This document shows, in pieces, positions 1 through 12,381 of a DNA stretch of 64,000 nt. Origin of the DNA: Leucoraja erinacea (taxonomy: Eukaryota). The stretch spans positions 9,238,001-9,302,000 of the forward strand of contig NC_073415.1 of assembly GCF_028641065.1 (NCBI RefSeq). Reading direction: 5' to 3'. Each line of letters opens with the position of its first letter. Position 1 is the first letter of the stretch. Position numbers and translations under genes: made by a program. The notes under the pieces were generated by a model. That model did no database searches and was not told the origin of the DNA. It worked only from the letters and a program-made list of their open reading frames with translations.

Positions 1-533
1 TACAAACAGAGGTGTATTAAAAACACGACTCCTCACAAAGGGACGGATCACTGGATTCTCCATCTCAGGATCGCAAAGGCTGGATCAATGGGAGTATTTA
101 AGAGGAGGTAAATACATTGAAAGAATAAGTAATTGGGGGCTGTGCGTAAATGGCACAACTGAAGAGCAGAAGCCTGGAGCACCTTTTCCATGCCCGTGGG
201 GCAAGCTAGAGGGGCTGAGTGGCCTACACCGGCTCTTAGCTTCTCATGTTTCAGGCAAGAGCTGTCCCAGTGAACTGGGCCCCAGAGTGGAGTATGTTGG
301 AGGAGGGTGATGATGCAGAGGGGTGAGGATGAAGAGTGCCCCTCAGGCCAACGGCCTCAGTCCACACAGGCACGTCAGTTATGACTTTGATCAAAGTCAA
401 AGTCAAATTCAAAGTCAAATTTATTCATCACATGCACCCGAAGGTGCAGTCAAATGATCAGCCTGCAGACCTCAGGGCAGGGCGAGTCAAAAGTTGCAAA
501 CACAGTGACAGATTCAGCGAGTGATTCGTATGT

Positions 534-683
534 CAAGGGTGGGAGATAAATTTGTGTGTTAGTGTAGTGTGTGTAGACTGTATTGTATAATTGGTATAGC
601 CTCCGAAAATGTGAAATGAATTTTTTCCACGGTTCATGTATATATTTATTACCTGAATAAAGTCTATTTTAAAATTTAAAAAA
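534..683 (+). mobile_element. 5'-truncated L1/Tx1-like 3' end with target-site duplication
   Basis: AATAAA and A-rich tail, flanked by a perfect 11-bp repeat GATTCGTATGT (523-533, 684-694). Confidence 0.7.
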
Positions 684-705
684 GATTCGTATGTAAATCC
701 TGTAC

Positions 706-792
706 CTTGTAAGCCCAGTAGTAGACAGACTCTGGGTTATCGATCTCTTTCCCTAGTCGAGCAATCATTTTTGATGGAGTCCAATTCGCTCC
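706..792 (-). CDS. DHPS: Deoxyhypusine synthase, coding exon 5 (gene continues beyond the left edge)
   Basis: 87 nt, [33 protein letters not shown] flanks. Confidence 0.95.
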
Positions 793-971
793 CTGCAGTA
801 AGAACACAAGGGCATCAGTGCCTGCAGTGCAGCCTGCATATAACAGCCATGAAACGGCATAGAACTGAAGCTGCCATTAAAACAAGCTTTCAACAATTGC
901 TCACTTTTTCAATTTAAAGGGCTTCAGCCTTTAATTCAAAAAGATGTTCATTTTAATTATTATTTTTTTTT

Positions 972-1180
972 AATTTAGAAATACAGTGTGGAAACAGGTC
1001 CTTCAACCCACCAAGTTCACACTGACCAGCGATCCCCGCACATTGACACAACCTTGGAAAAAAAACCCACGCATGTCACGGTGAGTACGTACAAACTCCG
1101 TATAGACAGCACCCGTAGTCGGGATGGAACCCAGGTCTCCGACGCTGCAAGCGCTGTAAGGCAGCAACTCTACCGCTGCC
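972..1180 (-). mobile_element. tRNA-derived V-SINE (HE1-like), internally deleted
   Basis: tRNA-like head with B box GGTTCCATCCC and CR1-like tail. Confidence 0.75.
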
Positions 1181-1288
1181 AATACATTAACTAAGTTCAT
1201 GTAGCTAAGTTCTTCTGTTTAGCCTTTAGATCTACAGAAAGGATTAAGTTGCTGCCATCTCTCCTGGAGACGGGGCGGGTAGGCTCAC

Positions 1289-1385
1289 CTGCTCCTTCTG
1301 CTCCAGTAGCATCTGATCCAGAATTGGCATCAACCAGTCCTCGAATTTGCAATAGTTGTTATTGGGGACCAAAAGATTTCCAATC
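1289..1385 (-). CDS. DHPS: Deoxyhypusine synthase, coding exon 4
   Basis: 97 nt, [32 protein letters not shown], phase fits exon 3. Confidence 0.95.
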
Positions 1386-2252
1386 CTGTCATTAATTACA
1401 AGATCAATTAGGATCAACACCCGTAATTAGTTGTATTCGAAACACGCAGTGGATTTGGATTCATCTTTTCAGATGTGGGAGCTGAAGCTAAACTGTGGTA
1501 CATCTTAGAGGCTGGAGAGCAGATTGACTGCGCATATAGTGAGCTCCACTCCATAACCTAACTGACCCTGCCCTCCGTGTGTTTGATGAGATCCTGAGTA
1601 GCAGCTTTATTGTATCTAACCAAGTTCATGTCACAAAGCAGAATTAATCAATTTGGCCCATCGAGTCTACTCCGACATTCAATCATGGCTGATCTATCTT
1701 TCTCTCTCAACCCCATTCTCCTGCCTTCTCCCCATATCCCGACACCCATACTAATCAAGAATCTGTCAATCTCCACCTTAAAATACACAAATGGACTCCA
1801 CAGCAATGTAGCAATTAATTCCACAGATTTACCACCCTCTGACTAAAGAAGTGTTGTTACTCACCCTAGTTTTTCCACATGCTGGAAAAGTCCTCTATTT
1901 CCACTCCATCCCCAAGCATCTCCCTGTTACTGGGCCCACATCCATAGGCATTAAGCTATCTCGAGCTCTAGGACAGGAGCTGAGACGGGGAACAGCAACA
2001 AACGACGCAGCAGTGGAGTGCGATACATTGAAACCCAATTTCCCCGACATCTAAATGTGCAACTGCAGTGTCCAGGAGCTGTGTATTCTATCAGCCGGCC
2101 CAGAGACAGCATCTGCAGTTGTAAACAGCATCTGCAGTTCTTTGTTTCTTCACTAAAGGTGCCTGGTTTGTGCAATTGACTGACACACATGGGATACACA
2201 GAGACTCTGTGACCATCTCCCCGAGAGGAACCAGCTGGCTGTGGCGCACCAG

Positions 2253-2660
2253 TAAACATAGAAACATAGAAAATAGGAGCAGGGATAGGCCATTCAGCCT
2301 TTCGAGCCAGCACCACCATTCAATGTGATCATGGCTGATCATCCAAAATCAGTACCCTGTTCCTGCCTTCTCCCCATATCCCCAGATTCCGTTTGCCCTA
2401 AGAGCTAAATCGAACTCTCTCTTGAATACTTCCAGTGAATTGGCCTGTGGGTGAAAAAGTTTTTCCTCACCTCAGTCCTCAATGGCCTACCCCTTATTCT
2501 TCAATTGTGACCCCCTGGTTCTGGACTCCCCCAACATGGGGAATACTTCTCCTGCATCTAGCCTGTGCAATCCCACAAGAATGTTATATGTTTCTATAAG
2601 ATCTCCTCTCATCCTTCTAAATTCCAGTGAATAAGCCCAGTCGAGCCATTCCTTCATATG
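2253..2660 (-). mobile_element. CR1/HER1-like LINE 3' fragment
   Basis: 3' RT tail and UTR ending in (TTCTATGT)n, similar to 9410-9875. Confidence 0.75.
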
Positions 2661-2808
2661 TCAGTAAGATGGTACTTGGAACTAGCAGCATTGATACTCA
2701 ATCCTCAGTATGGACCTTCTCTCAGAACCTCCATTCTGATATAATTCTACCAGCCAGCACCACATTGGGACAGCTTTACATTGTATGCAGGTGGTAGTGA
2801 CTCCCTAC

Positions 2809-2930
2809 CTGTTAATCCCGTTGGCTCGCAGCTCTTTACCCTTCAGGCTGAAGTCCCCCAGGAACGTTGGAGCCAGACACTTGATGAAGTCCTCCTCGAT
2901 GCCACCCGCGGTGGTCACCACACAGTCAAC
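2809..2930 (-). CDS. DHPS: Deoxyhypusine synthase, coding exon 3
   Basis: 122 nt, [45 protein letters not shown] flanks. Confidence 0.95.
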
Positions 2931-3958
2931 CTGTAAGGGGCGGGAAAGAGAAAGTTAGGCCAGTAAACAGGAAGGGCACAAGGATCTGGGTAACGGGATT
3001 AACAAACTGCTTCTTCCCACAAACACGATGCGTGGAGATCCGCACCCATGGTCTACATCACTGTGGCAAACCAGACATTATTCAGTGATTGTACAGTGAG
3101 ATGGACAATGGTGGGATCCGGCTTTGCCTTGGTCCCTCTTGTTGGTAATGTTGTCGCTGGCATTGTGTGCAGAGTGAGACACTGGAGTGGTGCCTGGGGA
3201 CATGTATGGGTATCATGGGCATCAGCAATTCCACTATTGTGCTGCTTGTTGCTTTGTGTGGGTTGGGTAAATGTGGCCACGACGGCCAACCAATCTGTGC
3301 GGCACAGTGGCGCGGCCAGCAGAGCTGCTGCATCACAGCTGCAGTGATGCCGGTTCAATCCTGGCCACTGGTGTTCTGTGTGTGGAGTTTCCACATTCGC
3401 CATGAACTTCCCCCTTGTGCTCTGGTTTCCTCCCACTTCACAAAGACATGCCTAGCAGGTTAATAGTTTATTGCCACTTGTACTGAGGTACAGTGAAAAG
3501 CTTTTGTTGCGTGCTAACCAGTCAGCGGAAAGGCAATACATGATTACAATCAAGTCATTTACAGTGTATAGATACATGATATGGGAATAACGTTTAGTGC
3601 AAGGTAAAGCCAGTAAAGGCCGATTAATGATAGTCCGAGGGTCACCAATGAGATAGATAGTAGTTCAGCACTGCTCTAGGGTGTGGTAGGATGATTCAGT
3701 TGCCTGATAACAGCTGGGAAGAAACTGTCCCTGAATCTGGAGCTGATGGGAACACGGGGAAAATAATGGGTTTGGTGTACAATTAGTGTGGTTGGTGGTC
3801 AGCGATGTCCTGGTGGCTGACTGGCCTGATTCACTGCTTTGACTATCACAGTAGCAGCCCAGAGCAGGCAGGTGATGTTGCCTTTCTGGGATAGGTAGCC
3901 AGTTGGTTTCTACCCGAGGGACAGGATAATACACCCCAACGCCAGACCCCCCCCCCAC

Positions 3959-4123
3959 CATGTTGTGTTGTACAAGGTAGCGGATGGTTTCTCGAATCCC
4001 AGAGCTGATGAGGTTGGAGGTGTATCCCAGGAAAATGGTGCAGCCCGTCCGCTTCCGTTGACATGGGTTCAGGTTGATGGCATTCTTCTCCGATTCTTCC
4101 AAGGGCTCCAACTTCTTCTCGAT
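3959..4123 (-). CDS. DHPS: Deoxyhypusine synthase, coding exon 2
   Basis: 165 nt, IEKKLEPL...[28 protein letters not shown] (NAD-binding GYTSN motif). Confidence 0.95.
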
Positions 4124-5503
4124 CTGAGAACGTACAACAGAGGTCAGGCCTGCTGTTGCCAGCAGGAATCAATGCGCGTACAGCCACGCGCAAACGAGCT
4201 GACCCAAAACCCAAACAGCCAATGCCAGAAATCCTCAGCAGGGGGAAAGAGAGGGGGAAAGATTTAGTACAAATCTGAGGGGCAACATTTTTATTACACA
4301 AAGGGCGATGGGTATATGGAATGAGGTATATGGTTCTACTAGGTACATGGAACGAGCAGCTGGAGGAGGTAGTTGAGGCAGGTATCATCACAACATTAAA
4401 AAAATATTTGGACAGGCATGCGGATAGAGTGATATGGGCCAAATGTCGGCAGGTGGTACTAGTGTAGATGGGACATGTTGATCTTTGTAGGCAAGTTGAG
4501 CCGAAGGGCCTGTTTCCATGCTGTATAACTCCATGACACAATGCTCTGGACTATATCCCACTAATCTCTATGTGCTCAACAATGAGATTACAACAGACAC
4601 TTCTCACTGTCCCAGACACCTTTCCCCTCTCACCTTGAACCTATGTGCTCTGTTTCTTGATTCCCCTACTCTGGGTTAAAGACTGAGCATTTACCCCATC
4701 TACCAAATTCCTCACTTTATCTTGTGCACCTCTATAAGGTCAGCCCTCATCCCCCTGCACTCCAAGAAATAAAGTCCTAGCCTGCCCAACCTCTCCCTGT
4801 AGCTCAGCTTTCTGATCTAAACTCACACTGTCACAAAAGAACACAAAAAACAGGAGGGGGCCACTCTGCCGTTCAAGGCTGTTCTACCTTTTCTATAAGG
4901 TCATAAGGAATAGGAGTAGAATTAGGCCATTCGGCCCATCAAGTCTACTCCACCATTCAATCATGGCTCATCTTTCTCCCACCTAATCTTATTCTCCTGC
5001 CTTCTCCCCGTAATCCCTGACACCTATACCAATCAAGAATCTATCTATCTCTGCTGTAAAAATATCCACTGACTTGGTCTCCACAGTCTTCCGTAGCAAA
5101 GAATTCCACAATTCCATGAGATCACTCACAGCTAATCCTGCACCTTCGACCCAGCTCCCATCTCCATGTCATGATTTCCTAATCCCCATCCTGCCTCACG
5201 TAAACTGCATCCTGATCACCGCTAAAGTCAAGCCAAGTCAATTTTATTTCTATAGGACATTTACAAAATAACTCTCGTTGACCAACGTGCTTTAGATCAG
5301 TGCAGGTACTAACGTTCTACCAACAGTGGTACATGGATCAACAATACATGCATAAATACATACATACAGCCTCCCTCAGAGGACCTCAAGAAAGGCTTGA
5401 GAGTAAAAAAAATAAGTTTTATGTCTAGACTTAAAAGAGTCGATGGAGGGGGCAGTTCTGATGGGGAAGAGGGATGCTGTTTCATAGTTGCGGGGATACT
5501 TAC

Positions 5504-5713
5504 CATTGCATTGATCTGTTCTACAGCTTGGCCAAAGTTGGTTGCCTGATAACCCGTGGTCAGGTAAGACTGCAGCAATGCATGGTAGTCAATTCCTTTG
5601 TTGAAGTCATAGCCCTTGACCTGCAGAGAACCCCCGGGCATCGTGGCGCTCTCTTTGTGAACTGCGTTCATGGCCACAAGTGGAGCAAGTTCCGCCATTC
5701 CTTCTCTTTCCAT
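5504..5713 (-). CDS. DHPS: Deoxyhypusine synthase, coding exon 1
   Basis: ATG at 5713, MEREGMAELAP...VKGYDFNKGIDY...TTGYQATNFGQAVEQINAM, GTAAGT donor; candidate acceptor just upstream of 5752. Confidence 0.93.
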
Positions 5714-6330
5714 CGGCTGATCAATACGTCAAACTTCCTCTCAGTCAAAGCCCTGGAATGAATGAGCCACAGAAACCGGGGTTAGTGAGAGGGATTGAGA
5801 CAAGGCAGCAGGAAAGATGCAATGTTACAGAACCAGAGTACAGAAGCAGGCTCTTCAGCCCATCATGTCCATGCCTCTCACTGCAGCGGTCTGTACTACA
5901 CCCATTTATTTAGTCCGAGATTCAAGGAACTGTACAGTATGGAGGGAAAAAAAACCTTTTAACCCATAAAACACAAGATGCATGAAACTTGCAGTCACGA
6001 GTTGGGCTAGATGTTAAATTACAATGAAAGCACAAAGTGCATGAGGATTAGCACCCACCACATCTTGGTGAGTTTCTTCAGCACCCTTTGTCAACTTAAC
6101 AACATCCTTCTTGTGGCTGGGCGACCAGAACTGCACACAGTACGGCCAAGTGATGACTCAATCACCTTCTATTCCTCTGTGTTTCATGTAATTATCCTGA
6201 CGGTTCTTAAAACATTACGAGAATATCTTACTCTGCCACCTCTTCAGACACTGCATCCCAAACTCCATTCACCTTGAGGGTGAATATAATCCCTATCAGA
6301 ACCCCTGGAAACAAATCAGCGGGGTGGGAG

Positions 6331-6463
6331 ATTACAACCTTCACGTGGTCCGACCTGTTTCGACGAATGCAATCAACCTGGCGTGCACAATCAAATAAGA
6401 TCAATTAGAACAAGTTGTCGTACAACTTTAGGCTGTGCACGCCATATGCAAAAAGAAGAAGAA
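6331..6463 (+). mobile_element. Short (GAA)n-tailed structured retroposon (second copy at 24144-24278)
   Basis: Two highly similar dispersed copies, nested inverted repeats, GAA tail. Confidence 0.7.
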
Positions 6464-6717
6464 ACAATTCAGCCAGGCATTTAAGTTGCATTCAATGACA
6501 GAGGTTTACCATAGAAACATAGAAAATAGGTGCAGGAGTAGGCCATTCGGACCTTCGAGCCAGCACCTCCATTCAATATGATCATGGCTGGTCATCCACA
6601 ATCAGTACCCCGTTCCTGCTTTCTCCCCATATCCCTTGATTCTGTAGCCCTGAGAGCTAAATCTAACCCTCTCTTGAACACAATTGTCAATTTAAAAACC
6701 TGCAATGGCACAGAGAC

Positions 6718-6860
6718 TGACAAAAGTGCTGGAGAAACTCAGCGGGTGCAGCAGCATCTAAGGAGCGAAGGAAATAGGCTTTCCTTCGCTCCATAGATGC
6801 TGCTGCACCCGCTGAGTTTCTCCAGCACTTTTGTCTACCTTCGATTTTCCAGCATCTGCA
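6718..6860. mobile_element. Penelope-derived foldback (inverted) element
   Basis: Near-perfect inverted arms of about 55 bp; same family as 15269-15445, 19546-19734 and 32206-32480. Confidence 0.75.
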
Positions 6861-7420
6861 ATACAATATCTATTCCATGTCATTTGAACCTCAGTGAGAC
6901 TCAAACGAAACTCCGTTTCTGCAGCCATACAAACAAAACAATTCCTACAAGACACAAAAACAATTCAATTCACACAAACATCCATCACAGGGAATCCCCT
7001 CCTCACTGTGATGGAAGCCAAAGTATTTTCTCTCCCCTGCACCATTTTTGCAATAAGAAGCAGTTCCTTATTTTTAGATTAGATTAGATTACATTAGATT
7101 CCTTTATTGTCATGTAACGAAATTTCGTTTCCCTGCAGTCATACATATAATTAAAAAAATGACAAAAACACACAATCAACACAAATTTTACATCCACCAC
7201 AGTGAGTTCACCAAACACACTGTGATGGAAGGCAAAACACATGGCACAGAGGCTGTCTGTCAGGATGCTGCACAGCGGCCCATGACCACAGAGGTGGCTG
7301 GCAGCATCCCTACCCTGGCTGTCAGTGGGGCAGTGAGATGCTCTGGCCCACTGGTACACAGCAAGATCCCACTATCCCACAGTGGCCCTCCCCCCCCCTC
7401 CCCCCTCACCCTCCACTCAC

Positions 7421-7600
7421 CCCGGGTTATCCCGGTCACCGCAAGGTCACTGCAAAATCGTCCTCTCCCGCCGCTCCACACTGCGGCTGCGCGCCGGCTC
7501 TAGCCCGCCCCCCAGCGCCCGCCGATCCCATTGCAGCCCCTCTCACAGCCAATCACACGGGGAGCCGGAGGGAGCAGAGAGAGGGTCAGTCGGTCAGTGT
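7421..7600 (-). promoter_or_regulatory. DHPS: Probable DHPS non-coding first exon and CpG-rich promoter
   Basis: CpG/GC-rich patch; GTGAGT donor on the minus strand at 7420; CCAAT box near 7549; GC-box-like CCCGCCCC near 7504. Confidence 0.6.
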
Positions 7601-7611
7601 CTGTGGGGGGG

Positions 7612-8725
7612 AATGGACACAGTGGGCAGGGTGGACAGAGGGGCCAGTGTGGACAGTGTGGACAGAGTGGACAGTGTGGGCAGGGTGGACAGTGGGGACT
7701 GTGTGGACAGTGGGGACAGAGTGGGCAGTGGGGCGGAGTGGAGAGTATGGGCAGATTGAGCAGTGTGGACAGGGTGGACAGTGGGGACTGTGGGGACAGA
7801 GTGGACAGAGTGGACAGTGTTGACAATGTGGCCGGTGTGGACAGTGTGGACAGTGTGGACAATGTGAGCAGTGTGGACAGTGTGGACAATGTGGGCAGGG
7901 TGGACAGTGTGGACAATGTGGGCAGGGTGGACAGTGTGGACAATGTGGGCAGGGTGGACAGTGTGGACAATGTGGGCAGGGTGGACAGTGTGGACAATGT
8001 GGGCAGGGTGGACAGGATGGGCAGGGTGGGCAGTGGGGACAGTGGGGACTGTGGGGACAGAGTGGGCAGTGGGGCTGGAGTGGAGTGTATGGGCAGATTG
8101 AGCAGTGTGGACAGGGTGGACAGTGGGGACTGTGGGGACAGAGTGGACAGAGTGGACAGTGTTAACAATGTGGCCGGTGTGGACAGTGTGGACAGTGTGG
8201 ACAATGTGAGCAGTGTGGACAGTGTGGACAATGTGGGCAGGGTGGACAGTGTGGACAATGTGGGCAGGGTGGACAGTGTGGACAATGTGGGCAGGGTGGA
8301 CAGGATGGGCAGCAGGGTGGGCAGTGTGGACAGACAGTGTGGACAGTGAGTGTGGACAATGTGAGCAGTGTGGACAGGGTGGACAGTGGGGACTGTGGGG
8401 ACAGAGTGGGCAGGGTGGACAGAGGGGCCAGTGTGGACAGTGTGGACAGTGTTAACAATGTGGCCGGTGTGGACAGTGTGGACAATGTGAGCAGTGTGGA
8501 CAGTGGGGCCAGTGTGGGCAGTATGGACAATGTGAGCAGTGTGGGCAATGTGGAGTGTGGCCAGAGTGGGCAGTGTGGACAGAGTGGACAGTGTGAACAT
8601 AATGGAGAGTGTGGACAAAGTGGGCAGAGTGGAGGGTGTGGACAGTGGACAGAATGGCCAGATAGACATGGGAGAGAGTGGACAGAATTGACAGTATGAA
8701 CAGAGGAGCGAGTGGACAGAGGATA
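7612..8725. repeat. G-rich minisatellite, 9-bp base unit (GTGGACAGT) with higher-order blocks
   Basis: Visible 9/27-bp periodicity; landmark GCAGATTGAG recurs at 7751 and 8093 (342 bp = 38 x 9). Confidence 0.95.
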
Positions 8726-8769
8726 GAATGGATTGAGTGGACAGGACTCCGGCGAGTACAGGCACAGAG

Positions 8770-10025
8770 CTGTCAAACACTCATTATCTAATGTTAACAT
8801 ATGTTGGCCCAATCATCCCTGGGTTCATTCTCGTAAACCTCCTCTGGGCCCGCTCCAAAGTCAGCACACCCCTCCTCAGATACGTGGCCCAAAACTGCTC
8901 ACAATACCCCAGATGCGGTTTAATCATTGCCTTTTAAAGCCAATTACATCCCAGCTTTTTATATTCTAGTCCTCTCGAAATGAATGCTAACATTGCAATT
9001 GCCTCCCTCACTACCGATTCAACCTGCAAATTAACCTTTTGGGAATCTTACACAAGTACTCCCAAATTTCTTTGCACCTCAAATTTCTGAATCCTCTCCC
9101 CATTTAGAAAATAGCCTACACCTTTATTTCTACTACCAATGTGCATGACTGCACACTTTGCTACACTGTATTCCATCTGCCATTTATGTACCCATTCTCC
9201 AATGCTGTCCAAGTCCCTCTTCAGACCATCTTCTTTCTCTACACTATCTGCCTCTCCACTTATCTTTGCATCATCTACAAAGCCATCATCCAAATCATTA
9301 ATATACATGAAGGGCAGTGGCCCCAGCACTAACCCCTGAGGAACACCACTGGTCACTGGCAGCCAACCAGAAAAAAAGCTCCCGTTATATACCAACTCTT
9401 TGCCTTCCTGGGATGTCAGGACTTTCATATGAAGAAAGACTGGATAAACTCAGCTTGTACTCACTAGAATTTAGAATATTGAGGGGGGATCTTGTAGAAA
9501 CTTACAAAATTCTTAAGGGGTTGGACAGGCTAGATGCAGGAAGATTGTTCCCGATGTTGGGGAAGTCCCGAACAAGGGGTCACAGTTTAAGGGTAAGGGG
9601 GAAATCTTTTAGGACCGAGATGAGAAAAACATTTTTCACACAGAGAGTGGTGAATCTCTGGAATTCTCTGCCACAGAAGGTAGTTGAGGCCAGTTCATTG
9701 GCTATATTTAAGAGGGAGTTAGATGTGGCCCTTGTGGCTAAGGGGATCAGGGGGTATGGAGAGAAGGCAGGTACAGGATACTGAGTTGGATGATCAGGCA
9801 TGAACGATCATATTTGAATGGTGGTGCAGGCTCGAAGGGCCAATGGCCTACTCCTGCACCTAATTTCTATGTTTCTGCCATTCAGCCAGTCTTCCATCCG
9901 TGCTATCCGCACTAATACCATGGGCTCTCATCTTGTTTGGCAGCCTCATGTGTGGCACCTTATCAAAGGCCTTTTGAAATCCAAGTAACAAATATCAACT
10001 GATCCCCTTTGGTCTATCCTACTGC
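8770..10025. mobile_element. Nested CR1 LINEs: older minus-strand RT fragment interrupted by a younger plus-strand 3' fragment (about 9410-9875)
   Basis: Minus: VTSGVPQGLVLGPL..YINDLD..FVDDAKI. Plus: LSYEERLDKLSLYSLE..RGDL..FFTQRVVNLWNSLP. Confidence 0.9.
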
Positions 10026-11881
10026 ACTGTTCTACGGGTGTTCTTTGTTTAAATCATCACAAAGATAATAAACGGTCCCTTCGGATTTATCAACCCTCTC
10101 ACAACTTCAATTATTCTCAAAGATGCAACTTTAAACATCTGAACAGGAGCATTGTGCTGTGGCCCTGAAGGATTAAAAGAATTCCAAAGAGGCCTTATTT
10201 TTAAAACAAAGACTTTATAAATAAGCAAAGAGCAGTGGAGGGAGGGATGGGTTGTTTTGAAGTCTGACATTTAACTGCATGACCCCTTGGTGTGCAGGCA
10301 GCTCCCTGCCATTTTCAATGAGTGAGCCACTGCTCTGCAGCACCGGGAAGCAAATGAATCAGGGAGGGAGGTGGGATGGAGGCAGAGTGTGAGCAATGTG
10401 CACCAGCATCAGTAGTACATCAGTCAGTCTGAACACTTTGCTCCGAGCACGAGGAAAGGCTGCTGTCTCCGGTTTTACCTTCAAAGGGAATTCTGGTTCC
10501 CATCTGAAGTGGTTTACCTGCACCATCTACACCAGAGCTCTGAAGAGAGAGAATACAGAGTCCAAGAACTAGTTGCTGCCTTGGGTATGTAAAATTGTGT
10601 TTAATCTTGGTCAGTTAGTACTATTAGTTTTTAATATCTTACTAATTTAATCAATGGACAAGTTAATAGACTACAGTAAAACTCTAATACAGTAGCTTCT
10701 GTTTTCTAGTGTTAGATTGGTAGATTTGCTGGACTTTGGATAGAACTCCTATGATACCCAAGCACTATTTTACTCTTTTTCCATGTTACAACGTGTGGAG
10801 TTAGAGAATAGTATAATACATTGTGTATAAGAAGGAACATGGATAGGTGACTGTCTGAAGACGTGTCACAACACGAAACATCACCTGTCCATTTTCTCCA
10901 AGAGATGCTACCTAACCTGCTGGGTTACTCCAGCACTTTCTGGCTGGCCTCATCTTTTATGTATGTACACACTATTCCATTTCTGTTCCTTTCCTGGATT
11001 TCATCTCTGCCATTGGGCTCCAAACTCTGAAGTTCCCACCCGTACATTCAACTCTAACCTCCTCTATCTCTCTCTCGCGCTCCTTATTAACCTTTACGAT
11101 CTCTACAGGTTATCAGCCCCAACACCTATGTTTTGCTTGATTGTGCTTCTGTGGCGTGTCTTGGGATTGTTTGTGTAGGAAGGAACTGCAGATGCTGGTT
11201 TAAACCGAAGATGGACCAAAAAAAAGCTTGTTCCCCTATCCCCCAACTCTCAGTCTGAAGAAGGGTCTTGACCCAAAACGTCACCTATTCCTTTTCTCCA
11301 GAGATGCTGCTTGACCCGCTGAGTTACTCCAGCTTTTTGTGTCTATCTTGGGCAATGTGCAACAATATGCAACTATGTGTAGCAATGTGCAACAATCTGA
11401 TACAATGTGTAGCACTGTAACAACGTGCAACAATATGTAACAATGTGTAACATTATCAAAGGTGATGTATACATGGGAGATGCTGTGGTAAATGGGTGGT
11501 GGAGTTGAGTATTGGCATCATAGCAGCATCCACTGTGAGATCTAGGTGGCATTCTGTAGGGCCTTTGAGCATAAACCATCTGTGCTGGGTGCTGTCTTAT
11601 GCACCGCCTGTTGTGGGACTGCTCAGCCTTAAAGAACAGAGCCTAAAGCTAAGGCTTGCTAATGAGACTGGGTTTGAGTTGCAGACATCAGAAGAGGGAG
11701 GTGAGAGGGAGTATGTAGAATACTCATACCAGTTGGTTGATGAAGAATTTGCCTTAATAGTTCAGGCTCACCACAGGATTTGGAAGGGAAATTATTAGAC
11801 CAACCACATAGGCTTGGAGATTACCTGAGGCGCAACTTAATTGGCAAACCGGGGGGGGGGGGGGGGGGGGGGGCACTTAAG

Positions 11882-12158
11882 GGACAGCACAGTGGCGTAG
11901 CAGTAGAATTGCTGCCATACAGCGTCAGAGACACGGGTTCCATCCAGACTATGGGTGCTGTCTGTACAGAGTTTGCACTGTGCCCACGTGGTTTTTTTCT
12001 GTGTGCTCAGGTTTCCTCCCATGTTCCAGACGTGCAGGTAGGTTAATTGACCTCTGTAAAATTGTCCCTCGAGTGTAGGATAGAACTGGTATACGGGGTG
12101 ATCTTTGGTCGGCGTGGACTCGATAGGCCTGTTTTCACGCTGTATCTCTAAACTAAAC
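11882..12158 (+). mobile_element. tRNA-derived V-SINE (HE1-like), near full length
   Basis: A/B-box head, V-domain-like core, tail GGCCTGTTT..CTGTATCTCTAAACTAAA. Confidence 0.85.
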
Positions 12159-12252
12159 ACAAACTATCAGGTCATGGATTGATTAGAGAAACTTGGATGG
12201 GCACTGGGACCACAAAAATGTTGAGCTTCAGTGTAACTACTCTGTTTGTAGT

Positions 12253-12381
12253 GTTTAAGAAGGAACTGCAGATGCTGGCGAATCGAAGGTTACACAAAAA
12301 AGCTGGAGAAACTCAGCGGGTGCAGCAGCATCTATGGAGCGAAGGAAATGGGCAACGTTTCGGGCCGAAACCCTTCTTCAG
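12253..12381 (-). mobile_element. Penelope-derived short element with hammerhead core and 14-bp TSD
   Basis: Flanked by ACTCTGTTTGTAGT (12239-12252, 12382-12395); minus strand reads CTGAAGAAGGGTTTCGGCCCGAAACGTT. Confidence 0.8.

Noticed and set aside
3048-3463. Cluster of overlapping 84-127 aa ORFs in DHPS intron 2
   Set aside because: No recognisable domain or splice signals; consistent with chance ORFs.
7500-8812. Long ORFs of 426, 272 and 216 aa with TLS/VDS/CP repeats
   Set aside because: By-products of a stop-poor 9-bp minisatellite open in several frames on both strands; no splice or domain support.
10330-10590. Possible non-coding first exon of the GNG gene with a GTATGT donor near 10585
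   Set aside because: Plausible but not supportable without transcript data.
11882-11950. tRNA-like sequence with A and B boxes, also at other SINE heads
   Set aside because: These are SINE heads joined to V-domain and LINE tails; no complete cloverleaf.
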